Source: Seison nebaliae
Lineage: Eukaryota
Length of the DNA: 64,000 nucleotides
Direction of reading: 5' to 3'
Assembly (NCBI GenBank): GCA_023231475.1
Contig: JALJEE010002126.1
Span: 1 to 64,000 of the forward strand
Under the pieces are notes generated by a model, which worked only from the letters and a program-made list of their open reading frames with translations, made no database searches and was not told where the DNA came from. Both the position numbers and the translations under genes were made by a program. This document shows positions 1 to 13,090 of the stretch, piece by piece. Each line of letters opens with the position of its first letter. Within the stretch, counting starts at the first letter, position 1.

Positions 1-3000
1 ATGTAGATAGAATGTACGTACAAATTCAGACGACCAATGTATAGGAATTTCGCGAAACACTTGTTTTTCAAATTCCAGACTTCAAAATTTTTGTACGTAA
101 AAAATACATTTTGTTCGTGTTCGTTTCCCCAGCACTAATGTATATATGTTAGTTGCATATTATTTAAGCTTCTTTTGTTTTGCTCGTCTTTGGGAAATTG
201 CTGTACATAAACTCTTCTCATTATTATCAATAATACAGAATACAGTTATAACGAAAAATAAAGTAGGAAAATTATGATTATCAATAAACAACGATAACTT
301 TTATCTGCTTAATGTGTTAGAAGAAAAACGTATACATTTAAATAGCTTTCCTAAAGCTCTTTCGAAGTATAAGAATTATTCTCATAATTTTCCAATAATG
401 AGCATAGATAATTAACCTTTAATTCTTTCTTTCATTTTAATGAGATCGTAAATAATTTGACTGTCCAAAAAAATTAGTAAATTTAATTAACGTTTCAAAA
501 TTTCAAACTAATTAATTAGTATACTGTATGTATTGAAGTAAACATTGAATATGACATATGTATTATATGTAATCAAACCGCTAAAATTGATAAAGGCCGA
601 AAACCGGTTTTTTTGGATTATCTGTAAAAAAAAATTGTTTTAGAAACGCTTTCCCCCTTATTTCCTCCCTAACGAAAATACGGTGACTTTTATGGTCTCG
701 CCATCTTCTTATCCACGGACTCTCTTAACATGTCCTAACACATGGAAATCATTACTTTCCCTCGATCTAGCATATAACCGAACGGTACATATGTTACTGG
801 AATGTGGCAAGTCTTTCAATAGAGCATTTATGTTCTATGTTAGTGGTGAAATCTTTGCCACTTCTCTAAGTGGAACGATACTAGAGAATACTTGATTCTG
901 TTGCTACTTCTAAACTTGTCATACCGTCTTTTTTTCAGTGTGAAAAATATGTTTCACCGCTAATTTTTTTTTGTGAATATTTTGGATTAACAACCCCAAA
1001 TTCCATAAATGACTTCCGAAATCTACTATCAAATTTTAACATATTATCTCATGTGCCTGATTTGTTACGTTCAAGAATAGATCAGATCAAATCATTTATT
1101 TCCGATGATTCAACTAGTGAGTTATCCTATTTTCTTCTTTATTTGCTCCGTGGGGATTTGGTGTTATAAATTAAGGAAAAAAATAATAAACTACCTACGT
1201 AAAATTTTAAGAAAATTTAATGAAATTTTCCGCATTTTCTCCAGAAGTAACAAAACAATGTTCATAATATCTGAGGGAAAGAACGAAAATTTTCGTTTTT
1301 CTTCACAAAAGTTGAAACATAATCACCATATCATAATTTTTAATCTCATGCAAAAAAGGTATATAAATGCGTTAGACAGAAATGAATAAAATAATCAGTA
1401 AAAGTTATCATTATAAATGTAAGACCGTCTTATTTATGGTAGTTATTATAAGACCATAATTTTACATAAGCATTCTCATCCTTTAACATAAGAAATTGTT
1501 GTCTGAAGGAAAGTTAGCAGAAAGAAATAAAACTTAGAATTCATTAAATGACTGCTGCAATAATCACCATCTGATTTAGAGAAGCTTTAAGGAAAATCAT
1601 AAAAATTTAGAATTCGGATTACGCAGTTATATATCATTATATACCAATAATATAGTCGATTCGAACAAATGAATAATCACACATCTCTTATTTTTCATAC
1701 AAATAAACAATTTCGAACTTTATTTATTTATCATTACAGTTTATTACGTATAAGTGTTATACCCAAAATTAGAACAGATACAAAGAACAATGAATAAGGG
1801 GTGCATTGGTATTTTATGGTATTGGGAAAGCAGAGTATTTCTAGCCTTTACAAAATGAAATTAGTCGTTTATAGTAAATTATAAGTAAAACGGACTCTCA
1901 TCACGGCAAGTCGTAGTTGCCTTAATCTATTGTAATTAAGTTAGTTTCTCAGAAATAAACATGCGCAATAAGTCATTAATACCTTTCTCTCACGCTGTAA
2001 AATAACATATATAAACATATAAATCCCATATTTTCTTCGCTTATCAATTCTTACATTGGGTTTTTTGTTTTTCTATAATTTTTTTTTAAGAATAATTAAA
2101 TTATATTCTTTGGTTCCATCAGTTTGTTGTTCAATTTAATGATTATATGTTTTCCAAACGTCTCATGTCAATCCATTCCTTTCATCCAATTGTCTCATCT
2201 AGACGTTATTTTTTACAAAGAATGAATTGATTCATTTCCTCAATGAAAATGGATATGTTTCACATTCCTTTGGATTAATGCATATTTACATAATTAAATT
2301 ATAATCTCTATAATAAACTCATTTTCGTACATAATGAAACTGGTTAATAACTAGGTAATTTACGGGGATCGCCGACAATAACTTGCTCTTCCTAACTAAA
2401 TTCGAATTTAACATATAAGTTTAAAGATATCTAATATTATCATAGTTAATATGCTTTGACAATTTTAATGTGTTTACTTTTTCTCCTTTTCAACAACATG
2501 CCAATGACACCTTCCATGTTCACTGATTATTATCAGCAAGAATTAGTGCTTAAGCAATACGCTTTGATACATTTCAATTAAAGATAATATTCTCTTATCA
2601 ATCTGTTTTATCTAACCCATATCTACAAAGATACATTATGTATAATATCCACTAATATTTTGGAGAAATGAACGAAATGTATTTGGTATCATAAGATAAA
2701 TATGGTCATTCTTCTTCATAGGTTGACTACTCGAAACTTTCGATTTAGATTTGGACTAATTTCCATTTTTCAACTAACCAACAATACCACTGTAATTACT
2801 TTCTGAGAAACGATTCTCTAAAAACTTCTAAGGATATCGTGTAACTAACGAATCTATAAAATTTCGTCACTCTAAAATATTTACTAAAAATCGGTTACTA
2901 CATCGTCTATGTTAGTATATTTCAATAGGTTATCCTAAAAAAATTTAGAAACTAAATTTAATCAATTTTTGACTAAATGGAGAATTCCTCTCAAATTTAG

Positions 3001-3128
3001 TTAGATTTCGGATTCGTCACCTTCTTTATTTATAGTATATTATTTTTTATGTTATATACTTATAATAAAGTCTTTATTATATGCCAGTGAATTTTTTATT
3101 ATTAATTATTAAATTATTATCAAAAATG

Positions 3129-3467
3129 TTTTTCTACTTTTTCTTCTTTATCAAGATGAGAATTTTAGATAAATAATTATAATAATTTTATGTTATTTCG
3201 GTAATTTATTATTATTATTATTTATTATCAAAATTCCCGTCGGGATAAATTAGAAAAAATATTTAAAAAATTCCGGTTCTCACCAACGTTGATCAAGTGG
3301 TGCAAGTCGATAAGAGTTTCTTGATTAATTGGAGAGGACGTGATCGGATCGTAGGAAAAAATAAAGTCCTTAAAATCGGGAAGGAGAATATCTCGTGGTA
3401 AATACTATGAGAAAAGATTGAGTGAACGTGGAAAGCATTAGTATACAATTGTAAGTAGTAAAAGAAG
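3129..3467 (+). repeat. ~340-bp dispersed repeat, copy 1 (inverted relative to 10410-10735); probably DNA-transposon derived
   Basis: Reverse-complement match to 10410-10735, including exact runs GATCAAGTGGTGCAAGTCGATAAGA (25 nt) and TATGAGAAAAGATTGAGTGAACGTGGAAAGCATTAGTATA (40 nt), with scattered substitutions and indels elsewhere. Confidence 0.9.
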
Positions 3468-3629
3468 TGAGAGGATTCGAAACTGAAATTTTCAATCAAT
3501 TTTCGAAGTATTATGAACATTTCGTCACTTATTTATTAAAAACTTTTGGACCAAAAGTTTTGGTACATGGTTTACTATTTACAAATGAATCATGTTTAAT
3601 TTTTTTCCTTCTTTTCTTGTATATCTTCT

Positions 3630-3940
3630 TTCGCCCAAGAAAGTGTGTTTAACACACACTGGGTAATATTCCACATCAAGGGTGGAAATATCGGTTTGTT
3701 TATAATTCCAATATACATTTAGTTGAAATAATCAAGTATTACATTAGTTTCCAAGAATTCTGTTATTCTTTAAAAACATCTTCCACTGGAATAAAAGATA
3801 AAAACATAACTTTTTTGATTTCAAAACTAAAATCTTTATTTCATAATATATTTAGTATAATATTTAGTTTTCATGAGTATCCACTGTATCGTCTGTAAGA
3901 TCACTGATACATAGAATTATCATCATTTGATCAGATCTCC
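3630..3940 (-). mobile_element. Degenerate Mutator-like (MULE) transposase fragment
   Basis: Minus-strand translation FEIKKVMFLSFIPVEDVF, then after a frameshift LDYFN*MYIGIINKPIFPPLMWNITQCVLN. This matches the recalled animal MULE C-terminal pattern (..LAFLP..DV..; DYF..YIG..P.FPP..WN). Stops and frameshifts are present. Confidence 0.6.
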
Positions 3941-6900
3941 AATAAACAGTGTGTTTTATTTTTATCACTAATATTTATTATATTTTTTCTGTCATAATGG
4001 GTGTTATTTTTTTTATTTTTATTTATTATATATTATATTATTTATTTATTTTATTAGTCTCCTATATTGAGTAAGTAAAATTTTGAAAGGTTGAATGAAG
4101 AATCGACTCATATACAAAAATGTGTTCTTAAATAAGTGACGAAATGCTCGAGATCTAAATAAGGTGACAATTTTACCTCAATTATAATACATCAAATTTA
4201 GCTTCTATATTTTTTCAGAGTGACAACATCACCAAAATTTTCTAAAATTGATGACTTAGAGACCGTTTTACGTGTGACGAAACCGCCAGTTTTTCCATAG
4301 GAATTCGAAGACCATGCACAAAAGTAAGTAAGAGCTGTATGCGAATTATAAACATAATTCCGGTCTTCGAATTATCGATTTTATGTTATGAAATAAGCTG
4401 TTAATAGCTTATATTCTAAGTTGCCGGGAAATTTCCTGGGAATAATCATATGTCATATTTGTGTGCGACCATTAATCTTATATCATTCGAATAAGAGAAA
4501 ACAAGAAGAAGATACGAGTTTTTAATCTTCCAATATAATTCTTCGAAAATAATACTTATTTCTTAAATTATTCAATTATTGATAATTAATTCCAATATGT
4601 GAAATTAATCCAATAAATAGTCGAGATGTACATAAGATTCATATCAACGTGAGTGAGATAAAATGAATAATATAAAGTGGAAAGATGAGGATCATTTTAA
4701 TTAAATATAACGTAAGCAATCTTCAATTATTTCCATAGCACCAATTTGGAAATTAGAATTGATTTGTAATCGAAATTCATTATCATTTCTGTGATTACAA
4801 TCAATTGAATATCAATTTACATTTTATCTGATAAATTGCACACATTTCTTCGTTATAATCTAAAGTCCAAAGTTATTTCATTTCCATGAAAATTTTTCTC
4901 ACAGGAATTACGCTCCATAAGTTTGAGCAGGAAATTTTCAACGAAAAGAGTTATGGAACATATGAAAGATTATATACTGAATAGAAATATGATAAAAAAA
5001 ACAAAAATATGAAACGTTAAAAGTACGAACAATAATTCGAACAATCGAAGTCATTAAATTGCAATAATTTGACTGAACAGTTAAACTTGTTAAATAACAA
5101 TAATTTGTTATTGATATGAGTGTTAAACCATATCGTTTACGAAATGTAAAATTAGGAAAATTCTTATGTAATTAAAGTCAAATGCACTCGACAAGTCAGG
5201 AGTTCCTGTAACAACTTTCAAAAAATAAACAAATAAACATAATTCATCAAGTGGTTTTGAAGGAGAAATTTCATTACAAATTATCCAGGTTTTCACCTGA
5301 GGAGAAACACGATAATACTCAATAATATTACTACATATATTACTCTATCAATTTCAAGCGGCTAAATTTCTTATTCTTCACCTGCACAATTAACCAAGAG
5401 TTATTCTTGAAATTAATATGTTTTTAGTAATTTCTTTTTCTTAAATGGCCTGGAGAAGAGATTGAGATAAAACTGATCGTTTCTAATGAAATAATTCTTA
5501 CGATTTTCATTCGTTTCTTCTTGTCGAACAAGGTTTGTCCAATGTCTCATTTAAAAGCATTCTTTCTTATTTCAAAATTTTTCTTATTAAAAAGTTCTAT
5601 TTGAGAAAAGAAATAAGTGAAGGAAAGTTATGATGGACTATTTGTCGAAATGAAAGAGAACGAAGTAAGAATATTTTGTATTCTGAAAAACATTTACCGA
5701 TTTAACAATGACATTGGTGAGCAATACTATAAAAAGCTTCTTCTTAGGTGTACGTTCGTGATCCTGTTTAGGAAAAATGTATACGAAGATTGAAAAGAGG
5801 GGGATAAATTGATATTTCTTATGAATGATCTTAAATTGACACGGAAATCTTAAGGGTTTTATGAAAAGGAAACTTTATTTCTTTATTTCGATTTTACCAT
5901 TCTATACGTTATGGTCAAGGAGAAATAACGAATGAAACAAGAATAAAGTTAGAATGAAAAGTTGAAAGTCATCAACATAAATGTAATGTATTATGAAAAA
6001 TAAACGCCTAGATTCATCGAAAGTGTACTGTTATTAATCAGGTTTTATTGAAACATTTGAACATATTTAAAAAAATTTATGGAATATTAATAATACGGAA
6101 AACGAAAAAAGTTCCAAAAGGTGATAATATAATAATTATAGAAGTATGACCTATATTATAATGGTTGTTTAACGCAAAATGTCCTTATAATTGGACAGAT
6201 TCAGTTGTTATGTGAATTCAATGCAATTGTCATCAGTCTTCTAATGTCCACTTCTAGCCAGTTCCAGAGGAACGATACATTGTTGGACGATTTGATAGCG
6301 ATAAAACCATTTATGCCATAGTTTTTATTACGTTGTTCCTAATACGATATTTCGTTTTGTTTAACGAATACGATGTTTTACTTACAATATATTTCAAATT
6401 AAATGTTTTTCTTAAACTTCATCAATACACCTGAATTACAATAAATGCTTGAGAAAATGCAATTTCTCTTAATCAGATATTCCCTTCCAGAATCACATCA
6501 GAATGCAGTATTTAATTCTGACAAAATTACGTTTAAATTGCTCGAAAGAATAATTGTAGAATATGAAGGTATGTCACTCTACTAATCTCAATGTCAAACT
6601 AGGTACGTATACCTAATTAGAGTACAGAACATATTTATTCAATCATAATACGGATATTTTATTTCCTCGACAATTTTCAATTTTCGGAATATTCACTTTT
6701 AGAAACCTAAAAATTTTTTGGTTTATATTTGCATTATCTATTATATTTTCAGTTCTCATTTTCTTCCCACCATTTGTAAGTTAAATTTCGTCATTCTACC
6801 TACTTGTCTAGTCTTCATAAAACGCATATATGAGTTTCACTGTGTAACCTATTCAATTCAGTTTCTCCTAATATCATAAAGAATATTCTAATCTATTATC

Positions 6901-9900
6901 CGTCCGATGTATCTAATGAATTTACCTTGTGTAAGTAATGTCTAACAACGAAATGACTTGTTGAAAACATACAGTTTGTATGCAATGCGCTTTATATAAA
7001 TTAATTAGCTCAATATCTCACAATAAATCGTTTATCATGAAAATTGAGCAATTGATTATAGGAATTCCTCACCAATTAAGTTTAATGTATGCCTACTTCT
7101 CCTTTGTTTTATATGCCTTAATATGATAATAAAACTTCTCTTTTTCGTTTAGAGGAAATCTTCATACAATCGTCATAATATAGGCGAAAAATAATTCCAT
7201 TAATTAAATTAATTGTCGGACAATTATATCATATAAAAAGACGAAAGTTCACATACCTTGGATTAGTTTCGACTAATAATTTTCCTCCACGACATTTCTC
7301 TCATCACTCTCATCATCGTCAACTTTTTCAGTTTTCGAGAATGAAAGTTGAAATGTCCTATTGCAATAGAGTCCATGGTAAACTTGACAAACAAGGAATT
7401 TAACTCGATATGATATTTAAACATATTTTGTTAATATTATGTTCTTATGAAAAATTAGACAGTTGTCCACATCATCACTTTGTCACCCTTTAATTTATAA
7501 AAAAGGACATTTTGTCTGTCTCTTTCGTTCATTTCGGTGCCACCTAAAGTTCTAATTTTCTTGGACCATCCTTTTCAACAGAATTTTTTATTTTGTCAGT
7601 CTTCTTCAAATTTGGCGATATAAGATTATATCTCATTTATAGAATGCAATTTAGATAGATGAGAATGAAAATAATATTTTCGTAAGAAAACTTTCTCCAT
7701 TATGTCATAATATATGGTAAGTTACATAGATACATATGGAGGTTGGAGGAGATAGTTGAATCCCTAAATTAGTAAAGTAAGGTAAATGATATAAGTAACT
7801 TAAAATGATACAATGGTTACATGTCATACTAACAGGATATATTAGGTTCAATGGTTTAAATGAATAGTTATGAGAAAATGAGAAAACTGTAAGTAAAAAC
7901 ATTGAATAATTTAGGAATGAATAATTCACAGCCCAATAATTCATTTGTCGATTTGTCGAATAGCATAAATAAACTGCGACTTTTTTGAATTGGTTTCAAC
8001 CATTCTAACTTTTCAACTTCTCAATATAAAAAACAACTTATACTAGGTAACGACCTGGCACTTCATATTTGCCTTTCAGGAAGTTGAAATATTATACTTC
8101 TCAAAGAATGAATAATCTAAGTTGACTCAAATTAATCCTAAAGACCAGAGGCCAATTAAGTTTTCGATAAAGTTTACGCTCATTAAATGGTTTATGTGCA
8201 TAAGAAGAATTCGTAACTAAAACTTAAATTCCGATAATAAACATAATATTTCCTTCAACAATTTCTCTCTAAAACTTATCCACATCAAACGAGGACAATT
8301 AATTGGATTGAATATAAGAAAATGAATTAAGAATATTAAATCATTGTAGATTAATCATATTCAACAACCTTTAAAGAGTGCCCATGTTAACTTATAATGA
8401 CAGTATATATAATACAGTATTGTAACCCGTATATTTCGTTGAACTAACTCCATTTTAAAAAATTGGAAAGAATTAAAGATCCAGTCAAGGATGTAATAAT
8501 TACAGGAGAAAAACGGTCTATCAACATAATTGATTGCCATTCCGTAAATTGAACATAGAAATTAATCAGCAATATTTCCATAATAAGAGGAACCGAGTTT
8601 CGATGAGAAGAAGCTTCTCACATATTTCTTTCATTTTTTCCAAACGAAATCTGCTAGTGAAAGAGAAGATCCTTGAACATTATTGGCGATGATAAAAGGA
8701 GAAAATTAATCCAAATAAATGGACGATGGGGAAAGTTGAAGAGAATCGTTATCTGTGTTTGACTTATGAAGAATTTGTAGAAAAATTAAGCGAAGGTAAT
8801 TGGTTTGAAATAACCAAACACAATTAGAAAGAAACTAATTCATTCGGAAGATGTTCGCTTGATAATCTTTCATTAGCACAATAAACTTCTTGTAGGATTT
8901 GGAGGACTTTCACTTTGGTATACTAGTGACCACTCGAGTAGCGAGTAAAAGAGAATATAGCACTCATATGCCAGAATGAGTTGATAAGAATAATAGAAAA
9001 TATTCCTGCAATACTTTTTGATTTTTATCTAATTTCTTATTTGTAAATTGAGTCGAAGGAAGAAAAGAAAATCGGGATGTTATTCCTGGATATTGTTAAA
9101 CATTTTAATCAAAGCTCTTCCTTTCCCATTTTATATGTTGGTCTCCTAATGTCGAGTTCATAGTATGGAATTAGGACTAAAATTTTTATTCGAAATCTAT
9201 CTATACTAGACAAGTTTAAACCTCCCACAATTATATTTATGAGGATTCCTTATAAAATTTCCGTCATCTATCAGGAAACAATTTAGACTTATTTCTTTTA
9301 ATTATTGATGATACGTTTTTTGATATCAATGATTAATGTTCGATTTGTAATTCATTTATGAACATCTAATAAATTATGATTTATTTATTCTAAAGACATC
9401 TTTCCCATTATTCCATTCCTAATGAAAGATTACTTTCTAACGAACAGAGGCCTCTCTTCAGGATGTTCATAGGGGAAAATCGAGCATCAGTAAATTATCC
9501 ATCGGACAAATGATCTGTGTGAATAATGTTCAAAGAACCGATAGGCACTGATATGAGTAGTTTAATTTTCCTCGACATTATCTCAAATATGATCCTTCCT
9601 TTATTAACCAAAAATTCCTGAAATAAATCGTATTCTAAAATGCACAATACCGATCTTGTAACATTATTTCTTACGGCTTAAGATATATGAGTGGAAGTTT
9701 AATTTATTTTAAATTTTGTGCAATTCCGTCATCCATAATTTTCTTATTGAAAATTTTTCGATTTCGACTCCTTACAAATGCTCACTTGAACTGATGCTGT
9801 AGTTTAAACTAATTTGGCCAATTTGTCAACCTTTTAACAACCTTCTCTTCAGCAATTGTTCAAAATAAATTGAAGTTTTTTTCATCAGTCAAAGTTATAT

Positions 9901-10409
9901 ATATTACAAACTAGAGGAAATTCGACTAGCGGTAAAAACTCTGACAGTATATGAGATATTTCGGAAAAGAGAAACAATATTAACCATCCATTTGATCTAA
10001 CGTTTAAAGTAGGAAAAATGTTTGGAAGTCTTTTTTTCTAATCGCTTAAGTTGAAGTTTATGGGGGTACTTAATTGATGTCATACAGATCAATTTATTTT
10101 AAATTCTTATAACTTCTGTGATATTTCTCTAACAACATTGTAATGAAAAATAGTTTTTTAAATGAGAATGTTCCAATACATTTAGTCTAAGTATTCCAAC
10201 ACTTATTCTTTGTATAAAATTGTATAGGAATTTACCTATCACTATAAAAATATTTTTCGATGACGAAGTGCCCAAATATTAAAAATTTTTTTATTAACCA
10301 GCGACGAAATGACTAAAATGAGTCCAAAAGGAGGATGAAGTCAAAATATCTGATAGTATTAGTACAATTATAAGAGTAATAAATCAACCAAATTTGTTTA
10401 ATTCTTTCA

Positions 10410-10735
10410 ACTTCTTTTACTCCTTATACTAATGCTTTCCACGTTCACTCAATCTTTTCTCATACTATTTACGATTTACCATGAAATATTCTCCTTCCCG
10501 ATTTTAAGGACTTCATTTTTTCCTATGACCCGAGATCACATCTTCTCCAATTAATCAAGAAAGTCTTATCGACTTGCACCACTTGATCGACGTTGCTGAG
10601 AACCGAAATTCTTTTAATATTTTTTCTCATTTATCCCGACGGGAATTTTGATAATAAGTCACCGAAATAACATAAAATTATAATACATTATTTATTTAAA
10701 ATTCCCATCTTGATAAAGAAGAAAAAGTAGAAAAA
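10410..10735 (-). repeat. ~330-bp dispersed repeat, copy 2 (inverted copy of 3129-3467)
   Basis: Direct reverse-complement alignment to 3129-3467. Confidence 0.9.
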
Positions 10736-12599
10736 AAAAATTTATGAGAAGAAAAAATGAAAATGAGTGACAAAACGACCATTTCTAAGGTGGCGGGATA
10801 ACCAATTTTAAATTAAAAAAATGATTGGAGACGAAATCATTGCCTATCTTATTTTATCCGAGATCTTTTCCGTCCGTTCTTAGACGATGGAACAGTATGA
10901 GATCAGTTATGTGATAGTGATATTATTCCAATAATATATCATTACTATAGAAGAAAAATGGTGACATGAACATGTCTAGAAATTAATGTCAAACAATTGC
11001 CTGACACAATTATTAATAAGTAAAAATAATGAGAATAATATGGCACTTTATGGAATCTGTAAATAAGTCTATATATTAAAAGATGAGGAAACTGCTCATT
11101 AAACAAGATCGGTGAAGTTACGACTAATTAATAAGATTAATGAAAAATATCTTATATATCGTCCTTTTAAATTTATTTCTAATACGATTTCTTTTAAATT
11201 TACTCCGTGAGAAGTTGCTGGGGAAAAAATTAAAAAATAATTCATTTACCATTTCGATAATCAATTCAAATCTATTAACTGATAGTAATTCTGGGGGAAT
11301 TGGAATGATTAATGAAAAGTCTGAAAATCGACGAAGGAATCATTGAAATAGTTAAGTCAAATGATTTATGGACGAGACGTAGATGTTGTAAGAATAAAAA
11401 TATTCTAATGATCAAATCGACTTGTTAGAAGATTGTTCTTCGAAAATTTATAGTCCATATTTAATCATAAGAAAATTGGTAATTTGTGGGAAATTGATGG
11501 AAATACCTTAATGACCAAAAATAAGAATATTATTATCGAAGGGAAGAGTAGACATGATTTTGGAGATTTGTTTTCACAAATTTCTTCTATGATGACTAAA
11601 ATGAATTTGTCAGGTTGGATGATTAGTATTGGGCAACTGTCGCAATAAATCTGAAAGAATTTTAGGAAGACTGAACTCTCGAGAATATTCTTCGGAAGAA
11701 AAAAGAAACTACATTTATTAGCAAACTACGTCAACGACTATAAAAGTTCCATCATCAGTCGATCAATGGAACTACCGTCGAGTTAAACACTATAAATAAA
11801 TTATTAGTTTTGTCCATAATTATTAATGAGATTGAAATTATATGATGGTATTACCTCCGAAAAACGAATCGGGTATCCGCCTTATCTAAACATATTCTAA
11901 TAATTCAGAGCAATGTTCAATTTAATGATATTTATCAAATCGAAATTCTTCCCTCCAACAATTGTCTCAACTTTGTTTTTTTTCTGCATAATCATCATTT
12001 ACTCATTATGGGGTTGACGATTCTAAGGTATTCTCCAAAATCTGTGAAAAAGCGATTTTATTCTTTTCTTTTCTTTTCTTTCCATTTCATATTCATTCGG
12101 AAATGAATAATTCATTCCATTTCTCTTTAAATTGCAACAAAACGGTTCAAACGAAACATCTTCTATCTTCACATTTGACAATTTGCTCCTCATAAAACTT
12201 CTGAAAATTTAATTAAATGTTTCATTTATTTTCCAAATTAAAACTATAATATTTAATAAATATTATTTATTCTCTTTTAATTGAGTATTCAGAAGTGGAA
12301 AAAATTCAGATTATATATAAATATAAAATTAAAATTTGAAACATTTCACAAAACTCTGATAAAAGTCATTCTTATTTTATTTCTTCTTTCCAACAATTTT
12401 CCTACAATTTCTATTTATTACTGTGTTTATTAATAACTGATTAATTATTAAATTTAAACTATTATCACATGAGAGTAGATTGAACAATTTACTAAAGAAG
12501 ATGAAAAATAGTTAAAATTTTTCATTTCTTGCGTTAATAAAATTACTCGAAATACAAATTTATTCTATTCTCACTATTCTATTGTCAGTAAGAGATATC

Positions 12600-12885
12600 A
12601 TAAACGTTGTATACTTTCCTCTCTCTCTCTCGATCGGTTACCATCAGGTCTTGTACGTCGTGTTCATTTTCCTCGATGATTTTATTAGATGAATTGTTGC
12701 TTCTCGATTATCTTGTCTTGTTATCTTTGACGAACTTATTCTTCTTCGATGAATCCGATGAATTCCACACGTTCACATTGTTCACATTGTTCATTGAACA
12801 AGCGAACTCACAAAATTTAAAAATAATCAAAAGGAAATTATCTATTATAGAATACGTAACATTCTTTCTCGCCACAAGTAATAAC
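12600..12885 (-). pseudogene. Possible decayed zf-3CxxC (RTP/ZAR1-like) zinc-binding protein remnant
   Basis: One minus frame reads ITCGEKEC...FDY...VRLFNEQCEQCE...TRPDGN with several in-frame stops and host-gene-like composition; the family assignment rests on motif recall only. Confidence 0.3.
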
Positions 12886-13090
12886 TATTAAATTTAAAAT
12901 GTTAAATAAATTTCAAAATTTTCAATGTCTCAATAAATTATTTTTTTTGCCTTTTCTGTTCGATGTGAGATGCAGATTTATCTGTAATTGGAAAATGCAA
13001 AAAATATGTGACGTATTTATAATGAATGGGAAGAATGGGAAATGAAATGAATTAGATAAATTAGATAATAATTGTATTTGACTAGGTATT

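Larger units (their letters stand above)
2860..4290. repeat. Degenerate MITE/TIR-like repeat family carrying the GTGACGAAA(TG) motif; 2930-3025 is an inverted match to ~4130-4225
   Basis: ctaaaaaaatttagaaactaaatttaat vs revcomp ctgaaaaaatatagaagctaaatttgat; ttagatttcggattcgtcac vs ttagatctcgagcatttcgtcac; the motif also occurs near 2861, 3520, 4135, 4275 and 10301. Confidence 0.55.

Noticed and set aside
118..137. hAT-like terminus (revcomp TAGTGCTGGGGAAACG)
   Set aside because: No partner end or TSD inside the window
1410..1450. VRP / LIYGS fragments resembling a LINE ORF2 C-terminus (similar weak RT-like hints at ~6270-6325 and ~9440-9470)
   Set aside because: Too short and frameshift-dependent to support a call
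2350..2400. Minus-strand EQVIVGDPRKLP resembling SF1/PIF1 helicase motif III (Helitron?)
   Set aside because: Single short motif flanked by stops; no Walker A/B found at the expected spacing
3539..3561. Palindrome AAAACTTTTGG-A-CCAAAAGTTTT
   Set aside because: Isolated, AT-rich and inside TE debris; no functional context
683..11346. Short ORFs in the first 12 kb (683, 1105, 3293, 3467, 7705, 11140)
   Set aside because: No recognisable domains; F/I/L/K-biased translations typical of chance ORFs in AT-rich repeat debris
10930..11800. Possible second plus-strand MULE remnant (FLYWCH-like start, DQWNY)
   Set aside because: Motifs too degraded to distinguish from chance without an HMM search
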